Shown here: in pieces, positions 50,464 through 61,108 of the stretch
How positions within the stretch are numbered: position 1 is the first letter of the stretch
Layout of the letters: each line of letters begins with the position of its first letter
Origin: Albugo candida
Taxonomy: Eukaryota
Length of the DNA stretch: 64,000 nt
Direction: 5' to 3'
NCBI GenBank assembly: GCA_040437565.1
Contig: JBDOQK010000035.1
Coordinates: forward strand, 1-64,000
Notes under the pieces: model-generated
What the model was told of the DNA's origin: nothing
Databases searched by the model: none
Seen by the model: only the letters and a program-made list of their open reading frames with translations
Translations under genes and position numbers: made by a program

Positions 50464-51309
50464 TTAAACTTTCAAAAGAACGTAACGAGGAATAGTGTGG
50501 TCAAAGCTGGATCCGCTGATTTTATTTCGAATCCATGAGAAAAATGGTGTCGTTTTTTTCTTTTTCTTTTGCTCTGTCGATGCCAAAGCAACTTTATCTT
50601 CGAACGTCTTGTTTCCAATATGTACGTGAAACCTTTCGTCCTTTTTCAAAAAAGCGATAGTCAAGGGTTCCGATAATTCTGGTCCAATGACCAAAATCCA
50701 GTTCTGCGAGTCACCTCGCTCAATTGCTCTTGCTATTACCCTAAATTGCGTACCTTGTCTTAGGTTGAAGCTGACAAGGTGCTTATTCTTTTGTCTTCGG
50801 TGACGAGGAAGGCTAGGTGTGAGAAGTTTAGTTTTGTCACCGAGACGAAATTCGAGACTAGTGTACTTGAAAGTCCTTGCACCGTTAACAGTAACATTAT
50901 CAAACTTTACTGCCCAGTTTTCGGAAGCTGAGGCTTTCAACGCTATCGTGGAATGGAAATCTGGTTCATACGTAGTTGACAATGAAAGTTTATCGCCATG
51001 AAATGTGTATCGGAACGTATCACAGTCTTTCCCTAGTTCGTCTGGACCGAGGTTGAGAATGGTATCTTGTTTGATAGAGGAAGCGACCTGACCCCACCAA
51101 AAAGAATGATCACAAAAATACTTTTGAGAACCATGTGCCTCGTTCAAGCTCAATTTGGATTCAAGTTTGAAGGAGCTTGCGTCTGAAGGTTTTATGCGCG
51201 TACATTGTGCATCATTCCCTATGAAACATTTTTTCTCGCCCAGAAGGGAGCTTGAATAGAGGAGCACTTGTAGCAGCACCAAAAAGAAATGACGTAGTAG
51301 TGTACACAT
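50464..51309 (-). CDS. Secreted orphan protein, candidate effector
   Basis: 281-aa intronless ORF with signal peptide MCTLLRHFFLVLLQVLLYSSSLLG, N-terminal Cys residues, basic clusters RHRRQKNK and KKKKK, and no TM segment. Confidence 0.7.
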   Translation of the reverse strand: MCTLLRHFFLVLLQVLLYSSSLLGEKKCFIGNDAQCTRIKPSDASSFKLESKLSLNEAHGSQKYFCDHSFWWGQVASSIKQDTILNLGPDELGKDCDTFRYTFHGDKLSLSTTYEPDFHSTIALKASASENWAVKFDNVTVNGARTFKYTSLEFRLGDKTKLLTPSLPRHRRQKNKHLVSFNLRQGTQFRVIARAIERGDSQNWILVIGPELSEPLTIAFLKKDERFHVHIGNKTFEDKVALASTEQKKKKKTTPFFSWIRNKISGSSFDHTIPRYVLLKV

Positions 51310-53334
51310 TTTTTGGAAGACAGGTTATTGAAAGTGGCAAAAATGGAATGCGAAGGGTATCGATGCCTCAAAGTCGGATCTACTCTACCACAGTGTCGTG
51401 AGCTTCAAGTACCAATCACATATCATATTAAATCCACGTATGACTTCAACCCCTCAATTCATTTGCGGAACACGAGCGAATCACATAAACGTTGCACTTT
51501 AAAGTGACTCGAATTAAAACTTGAGCCTATTATTAACCTCGTTTTGGTTCACGACACGATCAAAACACATAAACATTATACTTTTAAACTAACTCGAATA
51601 AAACCTCGACGCTATTATGAATCTCGTTTTCATTCAACACAATAGCTCAACGAGGTCAACGCTTATGTAGCAGTATCTCTTAATACTGCTTCCACGAGCA
51701 ACTGCGTTTTCTGCGACAACTTAATTGATCGCGACACAAGCTACAAACTGGAGATATATAAGCGCATATGTCTTGCACACAACCACAACGAAACACACGT
51801 TGTATCTCAGTATTACCGCCTTGTATCAAAATTGAGCTACACTGTATTCGATTTCAGCCTTCCTCCCTGCCTAATATATCACTAATCTCTTTCTGTGGCG
51901 CATTGGTAAGTAACCGGTGGATACACAGCGCATAAGATCAACAGTGAGAGCGACAATCTGTACACATGAACTCGGAACTTTTGCGTCACAACAATCGGAA
52001 GGGGTGATATAAAAGGGATCAGATTCAAGGATATGTATGGAGTTTGATGTTGGAACACGCTGCGCTCTTAAGCGTGCATTATGGGTCAGTAACTTTCTCG
52101 GTCAGAATTTGAATGATCTTACTACAACAAGAATTCTAAGTCTTTTACACTGCGTTACTCATTCTTGCTTTGGGGATTCCATCACGAAACGTACCTGGAG
52201 AGGTGTTTACAGCAATTGAGCAGTCAATGCTCCTGTTAGTGGATAGCGACTAATGTGCATCAGCGAATGTTTTTAAAAGCGGATGTTGCATGCTTCCATC
52301 GACTCCGGCCTCGTCGTATTTGCGCTTCCTATAGTCGCGTACGGTAAAAACGCATGGCTCGTACTTTGAATGCGCGTCTCTGTCTCCTGTTTATACTCAG
52401 AAGATCTTTTTGGTCTTGGCAATTGTCGGCACGAGCATATCCGTGTATCTGATGCAGTGAACTGTGGGCGCAACATTCTGGTGCGATTGAGAGTATTATA
52501 CCGGTCATTTTCCTAACTGGTTGATGACTGTGTGTTTCGCCTGGGACAATTGATTCTCATAATCATTGTTAGTACTCAAAACGTCCTTTATTTCATACTT
52601 TGATGCCATTGATGTACTACCTACCCATCGCTATAAAGATGGTGCACTCGATGATACTATACTATACATGCAGCCACACATAGCATGAAAGTATCTCAGA
52701 TGAAGAGCGCATTGAAGAGACCAGCATAGTCATTAGCGTTGACAACGACCGTGGCTGATGCGTATAGAGCTCCATGAGTATACGTCCGTCGCCTCACTTT
52801 GGGCAACTGCACGCTGATACAAATGGGCTTTTGTATCCAACCAGTACACAGTATACTAAATGCGTCTGTAGATTACACGCTACTCAAAAAGCTTGTACCA
52901 AGCGACTTTGGGCGTATTTGCTGGCGCTTCTTACGGCCACATCGTCCTACAGTCTCGTGCACGTTTGAGTGAATGCATTCTCATATCCGACTGCCCATTG
53001 CTGCTGCATAGAGTCTGTTTAATCGCGGTGTTGTGTATACTCATCTCACTCGTTTGAAACGATACAAACTGACATGTGAATATAACATCACATTTTTTTC
53101 CTGGCCAAAAGCATTTGTATGCAGCGTCACGCATACGTGCTTAACCCACACGCTCGTGGAAAATCGCTTATATCACGTGTAGTTGAATGATTCTAATCAT
53201 TTTGTCGCCATCCATTTTACCCAAGCACCCGATTTAACTTGACCGACTTGCGATCATCGTACTAGTCCAAATATCCCATTGAATCCGCTATTTTGTTCCA
53301 CTCGTTGTAACCTCGATACTTTGCGAGTAGATAA

Positions 53335-53772
53335 ATGTCGTATTCAGCAGCTCGTGACGTCGACAATGAGATATTACAAAATCTGCTGAGCTTTTACCAC
53401 GGACACAAAATCGCCTCACATGGACCCGATTTAGCGTTCCATACAATTCGAGACGCATTTGGATTTGTATTGCTGAGCTCAGAACTCCGAGCATTGAGTT
53501 CGACCCCAATTTCTCCACCAAGCCCTTTGACCCTTCCTATTGTCCTTGCGGACTTGTACGATCAAATACAAGGAGCTTTCATATTGGAGCCCTTAATGGA
53601 GCTTGATGATGCTGGTGTCACATCCTTCCCGCTGAAACGAGATGGAAGACTAGCCGACCGAAACGGAGTATCAAAATATTGTGGTTGCCAATCTCTCATC
53701 CAAAGGCTCCATCCGGCAATTCTCTCCAATGACTTTCATATAGTCAATCCTTTAAATAGCTTCCAACCGTAA
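53335..53772 (+). pseudogene. Degenerate paralogous fragment of the downstream cyclase domain
   Basis: NEILQNLLSFYHGHKIASHGPDLAFHTIRDAFGFVL aligns by eye with DAIMRNLLPRFCGYEIATRGDAFQLAFHSIKNAVEYCL of the adjacent cyclase. Confidence 0.5.
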
Positions 53773-53832
53773 CACTCGATCCCTTTCGCGTATTCCGAGA
53801 GCAATTGCATGTGTTAACATCACACAATTGCA

Positions 53833-55745
53833 ATGATTTACACGCCATTGACTACTATCTTCTTTACAATCTCTTTTATCGCCATGTCCTTCCTCATCCG
53901 ATCGATCTATCCGTATCAAAGTACACTTTGGGAAGTTCTGGCAAGATTTTGTGCCAAGATAACTGCTTTTCGGACACGACTTTCATCGTTGGAACATGTG
54001 AGGAACGATACCGAGGCTCAGGAGCCTACAGAGAGTCCAAACTCTTTGATTTCGTTCCACGAAATGCAATCAAAGTCGCAATTATCGACTTGCGATAAAC
54101 AAAGCGATCGACCTCGAGCGTCTTGCGTCCAATGGCTTTTTTTCTGGTTCTTTTTCTACTTGTGGATTTGGTCGGGATTTCGTGCTTTGTATTACATGAC
54201 GTTCTGGTATTATATCGCGTCACGGAACATGAATGATCCTATGCAGCTGCTGACGCAAAGGGAATTGGACTGTCTGGGACATTATGCTCTCTATCGCTCG
54301 AGTGCTTCCAGAATGTGGTTTCTCGTCACCTTACAAGTCCTCTCCCTCGCGTCGCTGTTTGCTGCCGATATGATACTCTTCCCACTCACATACGAGCTCT
54401 CGCGTCTCATACGAAATCGAATGGATCGTGGGCCTGTAAGAGAGACTCGTCAAGTGTTTTTCTACTTTTACTGCGTCCATTCTATTCTGTTTGTATTCCT
54501 TCTGATTCAAGTCATACTCATCCTCGTGCGTCGTCAGTATCAAACGCACGCAGAGAATTGTACTACTGCTGTGTATCTCTTACAGTTTGCTGGATTGACG
54601 TATATGTTGGTGACACTTTTGTACCTGAGAAATCATCGACGAAATTATGAGGTCGTCCAGGGAGCATTCACTTTATCTCCGCTGTACTCGCGCTTGAAAG
54701 TGATGTTGTATGTGCCTCCCATTCGCAGTGATTCTCTCCGCCCTTACAATAACTCTGTAGGCTCACGTACTCGATATTCACGTGTGTGTTCCAAATGTCG
54801 TATATCATCACTCGATATGTTGGGGTCGCGGTGTTGGAGTACATTGGAATCACTTTGGTGTGCTTTAGTATCACTGGCTTGGCTATGGCGATCTGCATGG
54901 GCTGTAGTCAATCGTGCGTGTTGACACTATTACGTCGTTATTTTCCATCGGATGTGCCACAGGATAATGTCGTTCATCCGTTTGGATCGACTCAATTACT
55001 TACGGGCGAACGTGTCGCTGTAAAAGATCAGTGTGTTTTGTTGGAGACCAGAGACTCGATCGATCGAAACACAACGGATTGGGTATGGCCAGTGTTTGTA
55101 TGCACGGATATCGAGTCGTCCAGCCGACTTTGGGGTATTGGAAATGGAGATATTATGCAGGAAGCGACTCGGATACACGATGCGATTATGCGTAATTTGC
55201 TGCCTCGTTTCTGCGGGTATGAGATCGCTACACGAGGCGATGCATTCCAATTAGCTTTTCATTCTATCAAAAATGCAGTGGAGTATTGTCTCACAGTCCA
55301 ATTAGAGTTATTGCATGCGGTATGGCCCCAAGCACTTCACAATTTGATTCCTTCGACGAGAAGAGAGCGTATCGGCACAAGACGGCTTTTATTCTCAGGT
55401 TTGCGCGTACGAATGGGAATTCACGACGCCCACAGCTCGGAAGGTGTTCTAATCAGAGACGTGCATCCTGTCACCGGGAAGACGATGTACACTGGAGTAT
55501 CAGAATCGATTGTGAATGAAGTCACCGATTTGGCGTGCGGAGGTCAAATTCTCATCGCTCAGCGTATTGCGTCGTGGTTGTGCATACACCACTCTGTTGT
55601 ATGTCCTCCTTTCCATTTGATTTGGTCGCGAAGGCATCGAATTATACACACAGACGACGTGGTGTTTAGTGAAGGGTTAGAATTGTATTCTGTGTTACCA
55701 AACTCTTTACAAAAGCGACAAAAGTACTTTGGACGAGCGGAATGA
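53833..55745 (+). CDS. Seven-TM (GPCR-like) class III nucleotide cyclase fusion; two exons (53833-54707, 54761-55745), ~619 aa
   Basis: GT-AG intron 54708-54760 joins the two ORFs in frame. Seven hydrophobic segments, then FVCTDIESSSRLW, YEIATRGDAFQLAF, GLRVRMGIH and GGQIL cyclase motifs. Confidence 0.85.
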
Positions 55746-55952
55746 AAGACAGTAGCGGTGTGTAGCAGGGACGTAGCTGTTTATTGGGTGTTTGACAGAG
55801 CACAAGTAGTACGAAAGGGAGGAATGGCGACGGATAGAATCCATCCATGGGAGGTGACATATGTGTAATATATCAATGTTAATGGAGTATTCATGTAATA
55901 TCAATAATGATGATATGTTGGTCCTGATCTTCATTCCGCACGATCATTGGTT

Positions 55953-57962
55953 ATGAGCGCCGCAGAAGCCGATACGGGAAAATGGGCCGCAACCTGCTCT
56001 GTTGCTGGAGAAAATGAAGGGAAAACGGGTGCGAACGAACCACCAAGTAAAAACGAATTAAAACGGCGTTTAAAAGCTGAAAAAGCAGCTAAAATAAAGG
56101 CAGAAAAAGCAGCTAAAAAAACAGCAGAAGCACTGAGTAAACCCGCAAACGCTCCATCGAATACAGCGACTCACGCGGACCTGGAAGAAGAATTGGATCC
56201 CACAGCATACTTTTCCAATCGCGAGAAAATGCTTATCGATATGGAGAAAGAAGGAATCAATCCGTATCCCCACAAATTCCATGTTTCCATATCGCTGCCG
56301 GAATTCCACGAGCAATTCAATGGGCTTGAAAATGGCTCTCATCTCGAATCCACGTCGGTCTCTGTTGCAGGAAGACTCCACAGCAAACGCGCGTCAGGTT
56401 CCAAGCTCTTATTTTACGATTTACGCGGCGATGGAGCCAAAATCCAAGTCATGTCGAGTTTAGAGATGTATGAATCTCATCAAAGTTTCCATAAAATCCA
56501 TCAGCTTTTGCGTCGCGGAGACATTGTGGGAATCGAAGGGTACCCTGGAAAATCGAAAAAGGGCGAGCTTTCGATATTTCCGCGTAAAATCACTATTCTG
56601 TCTCCATGTTTGCATATGCTTCCGAAAGCGCATTACGGGCTCAAGTTGCAAGATACGCGATACCGTCAGCGCTATTTGGATCTTATTTTGAACGATGAGA
56701 CACGGAATGTGTTTGAAATACGTGCGAAAATCATCAATTTCATTCGTCATTTCCTCGATACGCGTCGATTTTTGGAAGTGGAAACCCCAATGATGAATAT
56801 GATTGCTGGAGGAGCAACAGCGAAACCATTTGTCACGTATCACAATGACTTGCACATGAATCTGTACATGCGTGTAGCCCCGGAATTGTATCTAAAGCAG
56901 CTGGTAATCGGCGGTTTGGATCGCGTGTATGAAGTAGGCCGCCAATTCCGAAATGAAGGGATCGATCTGACTCATAATCCGGAATTCACAAGCTGTGAAT
57001 TTTATATGGCGTACGCTGATTACAACGATCTGATGACAATGACGGAAGAACTCTTTTCTACAATGGTGAAAGAGATTTCAGGCTCATATCAACTGACCAT
57101 TCAACGAGATCCAAGCGAAGAGCCCATCACAATCGACTTTACGCCTCCATTTCGTCGTATCAAAATGGTGACTGCAGTGGAAGAAGCCACGGGGACCACA
57201 ATCCCAATCAATGACCCGGAAGCGTGTTTACCCGTTCTCGACAGTTTGGTGAAAAAATACGAATTGGATTGTTCTCCTCCGCGATCGATTGCTCGTTTGC
57301 TCGACAAATTGGTGGGTCATTTCATCGAAGATAACAAAGCCAATTGGATTAAACCTTTTTTCATTATGGATCAGCCAGTTTACAATTCACCTCTTGCAAA
57401 GTATCATCGAGAGACTGCGGGGTTGACGGAGCGATTCGAGCTGTTCCTTGCGGGTGCTGAAATCTGTAATGCTTACACAGAGCTCAATAATCCCAAAGTG
57501 CAGAGAGAACGTTTTATCGAACAAACACGACAAGCAGCTGCCGGTGACGATGAAGCACAGCCTCACGATGAAGCATTTTGTACCGCGATGGAATACGGGC
57601 TACCTCCTACCGGTGGATGGGGCTGTGGTATCGATCGACTTGCAATGTTTCTAAGCAACAAATTCAACATCAAAGAAGTTTTATTATTTCCGGCAATGAA
57701 GCCCGACGAACAGCCATCGACGAATGAGAGCAGTGGGGAGTCGGTCTGTGTGTCTGCTACAGGCTCAGTCGATTTAGACGCTTTGGAACGCAGTCTGACG
57801 TCCAGTGCTTTCATCAACGGAGAATCGCCATCTAAAGCCGATATACGCTCTTTTGAATTGGTTCAAGTGATTGAAAACGAGCGATTGAGTAAGTATCCGA
57901 ATGTGCGCAAATGGGTACAGTATGTCGGAGCGTTTCCACGTGAATTACGAGCTGCATGGTGA
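55953..57962 (+). CDS. KARS: Class II lysyl-tRNA synthetase with C-terminal EF1B-beta/GST-C-like extension
   Basis: [11 protein letters not shown]-terminal helix, YPHKF, OB anticodon-binding domain, [21 protein letters not shown] and [16 protein letters not shown]. First ATG at 55953. Confidence 0.97.
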   Translation: MSAAEADTGKWAATCSVAGENEGKTGANEPPSKNELKRRLKAEKAAKIKAEKAAKKTAEALSKPANAPSNTATHADLEEELDPTAYFSNREKMLIDMEKEGINPYPHKFHVSISLPEFHEQFNGLENGSHLESTSVSVAGRLHSKRASGSKLLFYDLRGDGAKIQVMSSLEMYESHQSFHKIHQLLRRGDIVGIEGYPGKSKKGELSIFPRKITILSPCLHMLPKAHYGLKLQDTRYRQRYLDLILNDETRNVFEIRAKIINFIRHFLDTRRFLEVETPMMNMIAGGATAKPFVTYHNDLHMNLYMRVAPELYLKQLVIGGLDRVYEVGRQFRNEGIDLTHNPEFTSCEFYMAYADYNDLMTMTEELFSTMVKEISGSYQLTIQRDPSEEPITIDFTPPFRRIKMVTAVEEATGTTIPINDPEACLPVLDSLVKKYELDCSPPRSIARLLDKLVGHFIEDNKANWIKPFFIMDQPVYNSPLAKYHRETAGLTERFELFLAGAEICNAYTELNNPKVQRERFIEQTRQAAAGDDEAQPHDEAFCTAMEYGLPPTGGWGCGIDRLAMFLSNKFNIKEVLLFPAMKPDEQPSTNESSGESVCVSATGSVDLDALERSLTSSAFINGESPSKADIRSFELVQVIENERLSKYPNVRKWVQYVGAFPRELRAAW

Positions 57963-58102
57963 GCGTTCGACAGCTCTTTGAATGCGATACAGAAAGCGTT
58001 GTTGCGAAGCTTAAATGATAGCAATCAAGTTATATTCCGCGAATGAGCGTACAGGATTTTATCTTAAAACCAATCAGATTGCGTATATACTCAATATGCA
58101 AA

Positions 58103-59300
58103 CTATAAAATACAAATTCCATCGCCATTCGTAATCACTATCGTCGAATAACGCGAGTCAGAGTGTGTGGTCGACTGACTGTCGACTGTGTCTCTCGCGT
58201 AAGTCTTTTCCGTTTCCTTTTCAGTGCTTTCCCTTTGATTTCTCACATAAATAACACACAATACAATTGCTGCCAACACTGCAACTCCAATAGCTCCAAC
58301 TGCCGTAATTGTCGATTTTCTCGTCACATTATGCGCACGCTGCACATTCGCTTCCTCAACCGCATTCTCATTCGCTTTTACAGGCTGTTGTTTCGACGTC
58401 AGACGAGTGAGAGTGAGCTTTAAAGCGTCTAACGTCTCAACGGGTTGTGACAATACGCCATTTCTCGCTGTGCTATTGCGACTGCTGTCGTTGTCAGTGA
58501 ATCGGTTCTCTTCACTGAGCGCAATAGGGCGCGAAATGAGCTCATTACCGATAGTACCGCTTCCATTAACTCCAATGTTCTCACTGGAATTCATAGTACT
58601 GTCAGAGACGGATTCGAAGCCCACAGGCGCTCGTGTAGGACTCCATCGATCCGCTGCATTGTATCGGGGCGCAACACTATCGATCACAGGTGCTGCCACA
58701 GCGTCTGCGGCCTTGAGCGTGCTTGCGACCACAGGCGTCAGCGCCTTTGGAAGCACAGGCTTCAGTGTGTTTGCAACCACAGGCGTCAGCGTGTGTGGAA
58801 GCACAGGCTTCAGTGTGTCGGCAACCACAGGCGTCAGCGTGTGTGGAAGCTGAAGAAGTTGTGGGGGAGGTCGTATTGGTGCTTTATCCGTCCTGACAGC
58901 CTGTGGAAGTCTCTGTACAACGCGATTGATGACGGGGGTCACAGGAAGAGGCAATACATCAGACCCAAGAAGCCCACAGTGAAAGCCTCGAAGCCATGCG
59001 ACCAAAANNNNNNNNNNNNNNNNNNNNNNNNNNNNNNNNNNNNNNNNNNNNNNNNNNNNNNNNNNNNNNNNNNNNNNNNNNNNNNNNNNNNNNNNNNNNN
59101 NNNNNNNTGTGTGGAAGCTGAAGAAGTTGTGGGGGAGGTCGTATTGGTGCTTTATCCGTCCTGACAGCCTGTGGAAGTCTCTGTACAACGCGATTGATGA
59201 CGGGGGTCACAGGAAGAGGCAATACATCAGACCCAAGAAGCCCACAGTGAAAGCCTCGAAGCCATGCGACCAAAAGCAGACAACTCGCAATACGCCGCAT
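58103..59300 (-). CDS. Signal-peptide, single-pass membrane protein with 16-aa tandem repeats (interrupted by a gap-overlap duplication)
   Basis: MRRIASCLLLVAWLRG leader, TLTPVVA(D/N/S)TLKPVLP repeats, S/T/N-rich stalk, TM TAVGAIGVAVLAAIVLCVIYV and a short cytoplasmic tail. Confidence 0.75.
58712..58850. repeat. 48-bp coding tandem repeat, about 3 units
   Basis: ACCACAGGCGTCAGCG recurs at 48-bp spacing (~58728, 58776, 58824). Confidence 0.85.
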
Positions 59301-59482
59301 CGTTGTATGAAGTTATATTTCAACACTCATATTGCAAAAGTGCATAGCCAAACGCCTTACTCCAATTACTCGCACCATCCGTTTGTCCTCTTTCGTCGAT
59401 ACATCAAACAGTGACGCAACGTTTGTATTGTTCTTATTTATAGACAATTTCTGATCGCAATAGACACCTCTGACGCATAGAG

Positions 59483-60973
59483 CTATTCAAACTCGCGCTG
59501 TATCTCATCCATTGTCTTCCCTGAGGTCTCTGGCAAACAGATGCTAAAGAACGTACCTGCGATCCCCAAAATTGCGACAAATGGAACAAAGCCAAAATCG
59601 CCCAATGCCGATGCGATGTACGGGTACGTGATCCCCACTGCGAGATTACAAAACCAGTTGAGAACGAGGCAAGCTGATTGTGTACTGGCTCGTAGATGTG
59701 TCGGGAAGAGTTCGGCTGTGATGCCCCATACCAAAGGCCCGAGACTGCAGGCAAATGCAGTCACGTAAATGGCTGCAAAGACAATGACGAGGACGCTGAT
59801 TTTGCAACAAAGAGCGATGGTGAGTCCAATGGCAGCCAGAAACATTCCCCACGTTCCCACCAGCATCAGCGGTCTTTTCTTCACCTTTGTGAGCAAGTAG
59901 CCAGTGAAGAATGTCGGGACTGCATTCAACGTATTGATAATCAAATTACCGGCACGAGCGTCACGAAGGCCTGCGCGTTGAAAGATGTTGGAAGAGTAAT
60001 AGAAAACAGCATTGATTCCTGACAATTGCTGAGCTGCCGAACACGCCAATGCGATGCAAAGCTGCCGTTTGTACACTTGCAGGATGCTGGAAATCGGCAT
60101 TTTACGTGTTGGAGACTTGAGCGTTTGCGTGGCCTCACTTCCGACAGGACGGCTTCCCACACTGACATCCATATGTTCGGTCTCGTTATCGGAATGACCG
60201 CTTCCTGACGCGACCCACGACATTGCAGTGGTGACATTCTCGGTCCCAAACAACTTTGCAAGCACCTGATGCGTCTCATAATACCTCGAATTGCCAAGAA
60301 GCCACGACGGGCTTTGTATCAACCACAACGGCCCGAGCGTCAATTGCAGCATTCCCAATACGAATGGAAAGCCTGCATTCAATCGAGCGCCAAATTGGTT
60401 GTCATTAAAGTACATTGTCGCTGCTACAAGCAGAATCCCAGTGACAATCGCACATTGGATGCAAGACGCCAGCGTTCCACGTAAATGAGGTGGCGCTATT
60501 TCGCTCAAATAGCTTCCGAGCACAGCCGTTCCTGTTCCCGACGCAATTCCAGCGATGAATCGACCGATAATAAACATCCAACTATCGAGTGCCAAGGCCT
60601 GAAGTGCAGCACCAAGCATCATGATCGCAGCATTCCACAACAGGGTTTTACGTCGTCCATACGTATCGGCCGGGTATCCCGAGCATACACTTCCAAGCAT
60701 TCCGCCAAGAATCCAAGCATTCACCATAAGTATCCATACAAGCTTGGAATGTCCCGGGAAGAGAACACATGTTCCCGGCTCGATAGGCTTTGTCCGACAC
60801 TTTATATCGTCGTGATACGTTGTGGAATTGAGCTGTGTTGTCGACCATCCAAATTGGAACGCTTGTAGCAGAGCAATTCCAGCAGCGAAATACAAAAGCT
60901 TTCGAGGTCGTACTTGAGCGCTCGGTACGGCAATCCATTCCTCTGAATGTTCCATCCCGCACTCTCGAGGCAT
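59483..60973 (-). CDS. MFS sugar porter (GLUT-like hexose transporter)
   Basis: FQFGW, ADTYGRR, GRFIAG, YLSEIAPPHLRG, QQLSGINAVFYYS, LGPLVW...AELFP, NW and LPETSGKT motifs, with about 12 TM segments. Confidence 0.95.
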   Translation of the reverse strand: MPRECGMEHSEEWIAVPSAQVRPRKLLYFAAGIALLQAFQFGWSTTQLNSTTYHDDIKCRTKPIEPGTCVLFPGHSKLVWILMVNAWILGGMLGSVCSGYPADTYGRRKTLLWNAAIMMLGAALQALALDSWMFIIGRFIAGIASGTGTAVLGSYLSEIAPPHLRGTLASCIQCAIVTGILLVAATMYFNDNQFGARLNAGFPFVLGMLQLTLGPLWLIQSPSWLLGNSRYYETHQVLAKLFGTENVTTAMSWVASGSGHSDNETEHMDVSVGSRPVGSEATQTLKSPTRKMPISSILQVYKRQLCIALACSAAQQLSGINAVFYYSSNIFQRAGLRDARAGNLIINTLNAVPTFFTGYLLTKVKKRPLMLVGTWGMFLAAIGLTIALCCKISVLVIVFAAIYVTAFACSLGPLVWGITAELFPTHLRASTQSACLVLNWFCNLAVGITYPYIASALGDFGFVPFVAILGIAGTFFSICLPETSGKTMDEIQREFE

Positions 60974-61108
60974 TCGTATCAAAACGAGAGGTGAAGAGTG
61001 GCAATGGATCTCATTCTCATTGCGACAAAAACCCGTTGCGTTCGACAGTTGAGGTCTTTATCTTTGTGTTTGTATCAAAGTGTCTCAGTGGACAACCGAC
61101 GAGCATTA

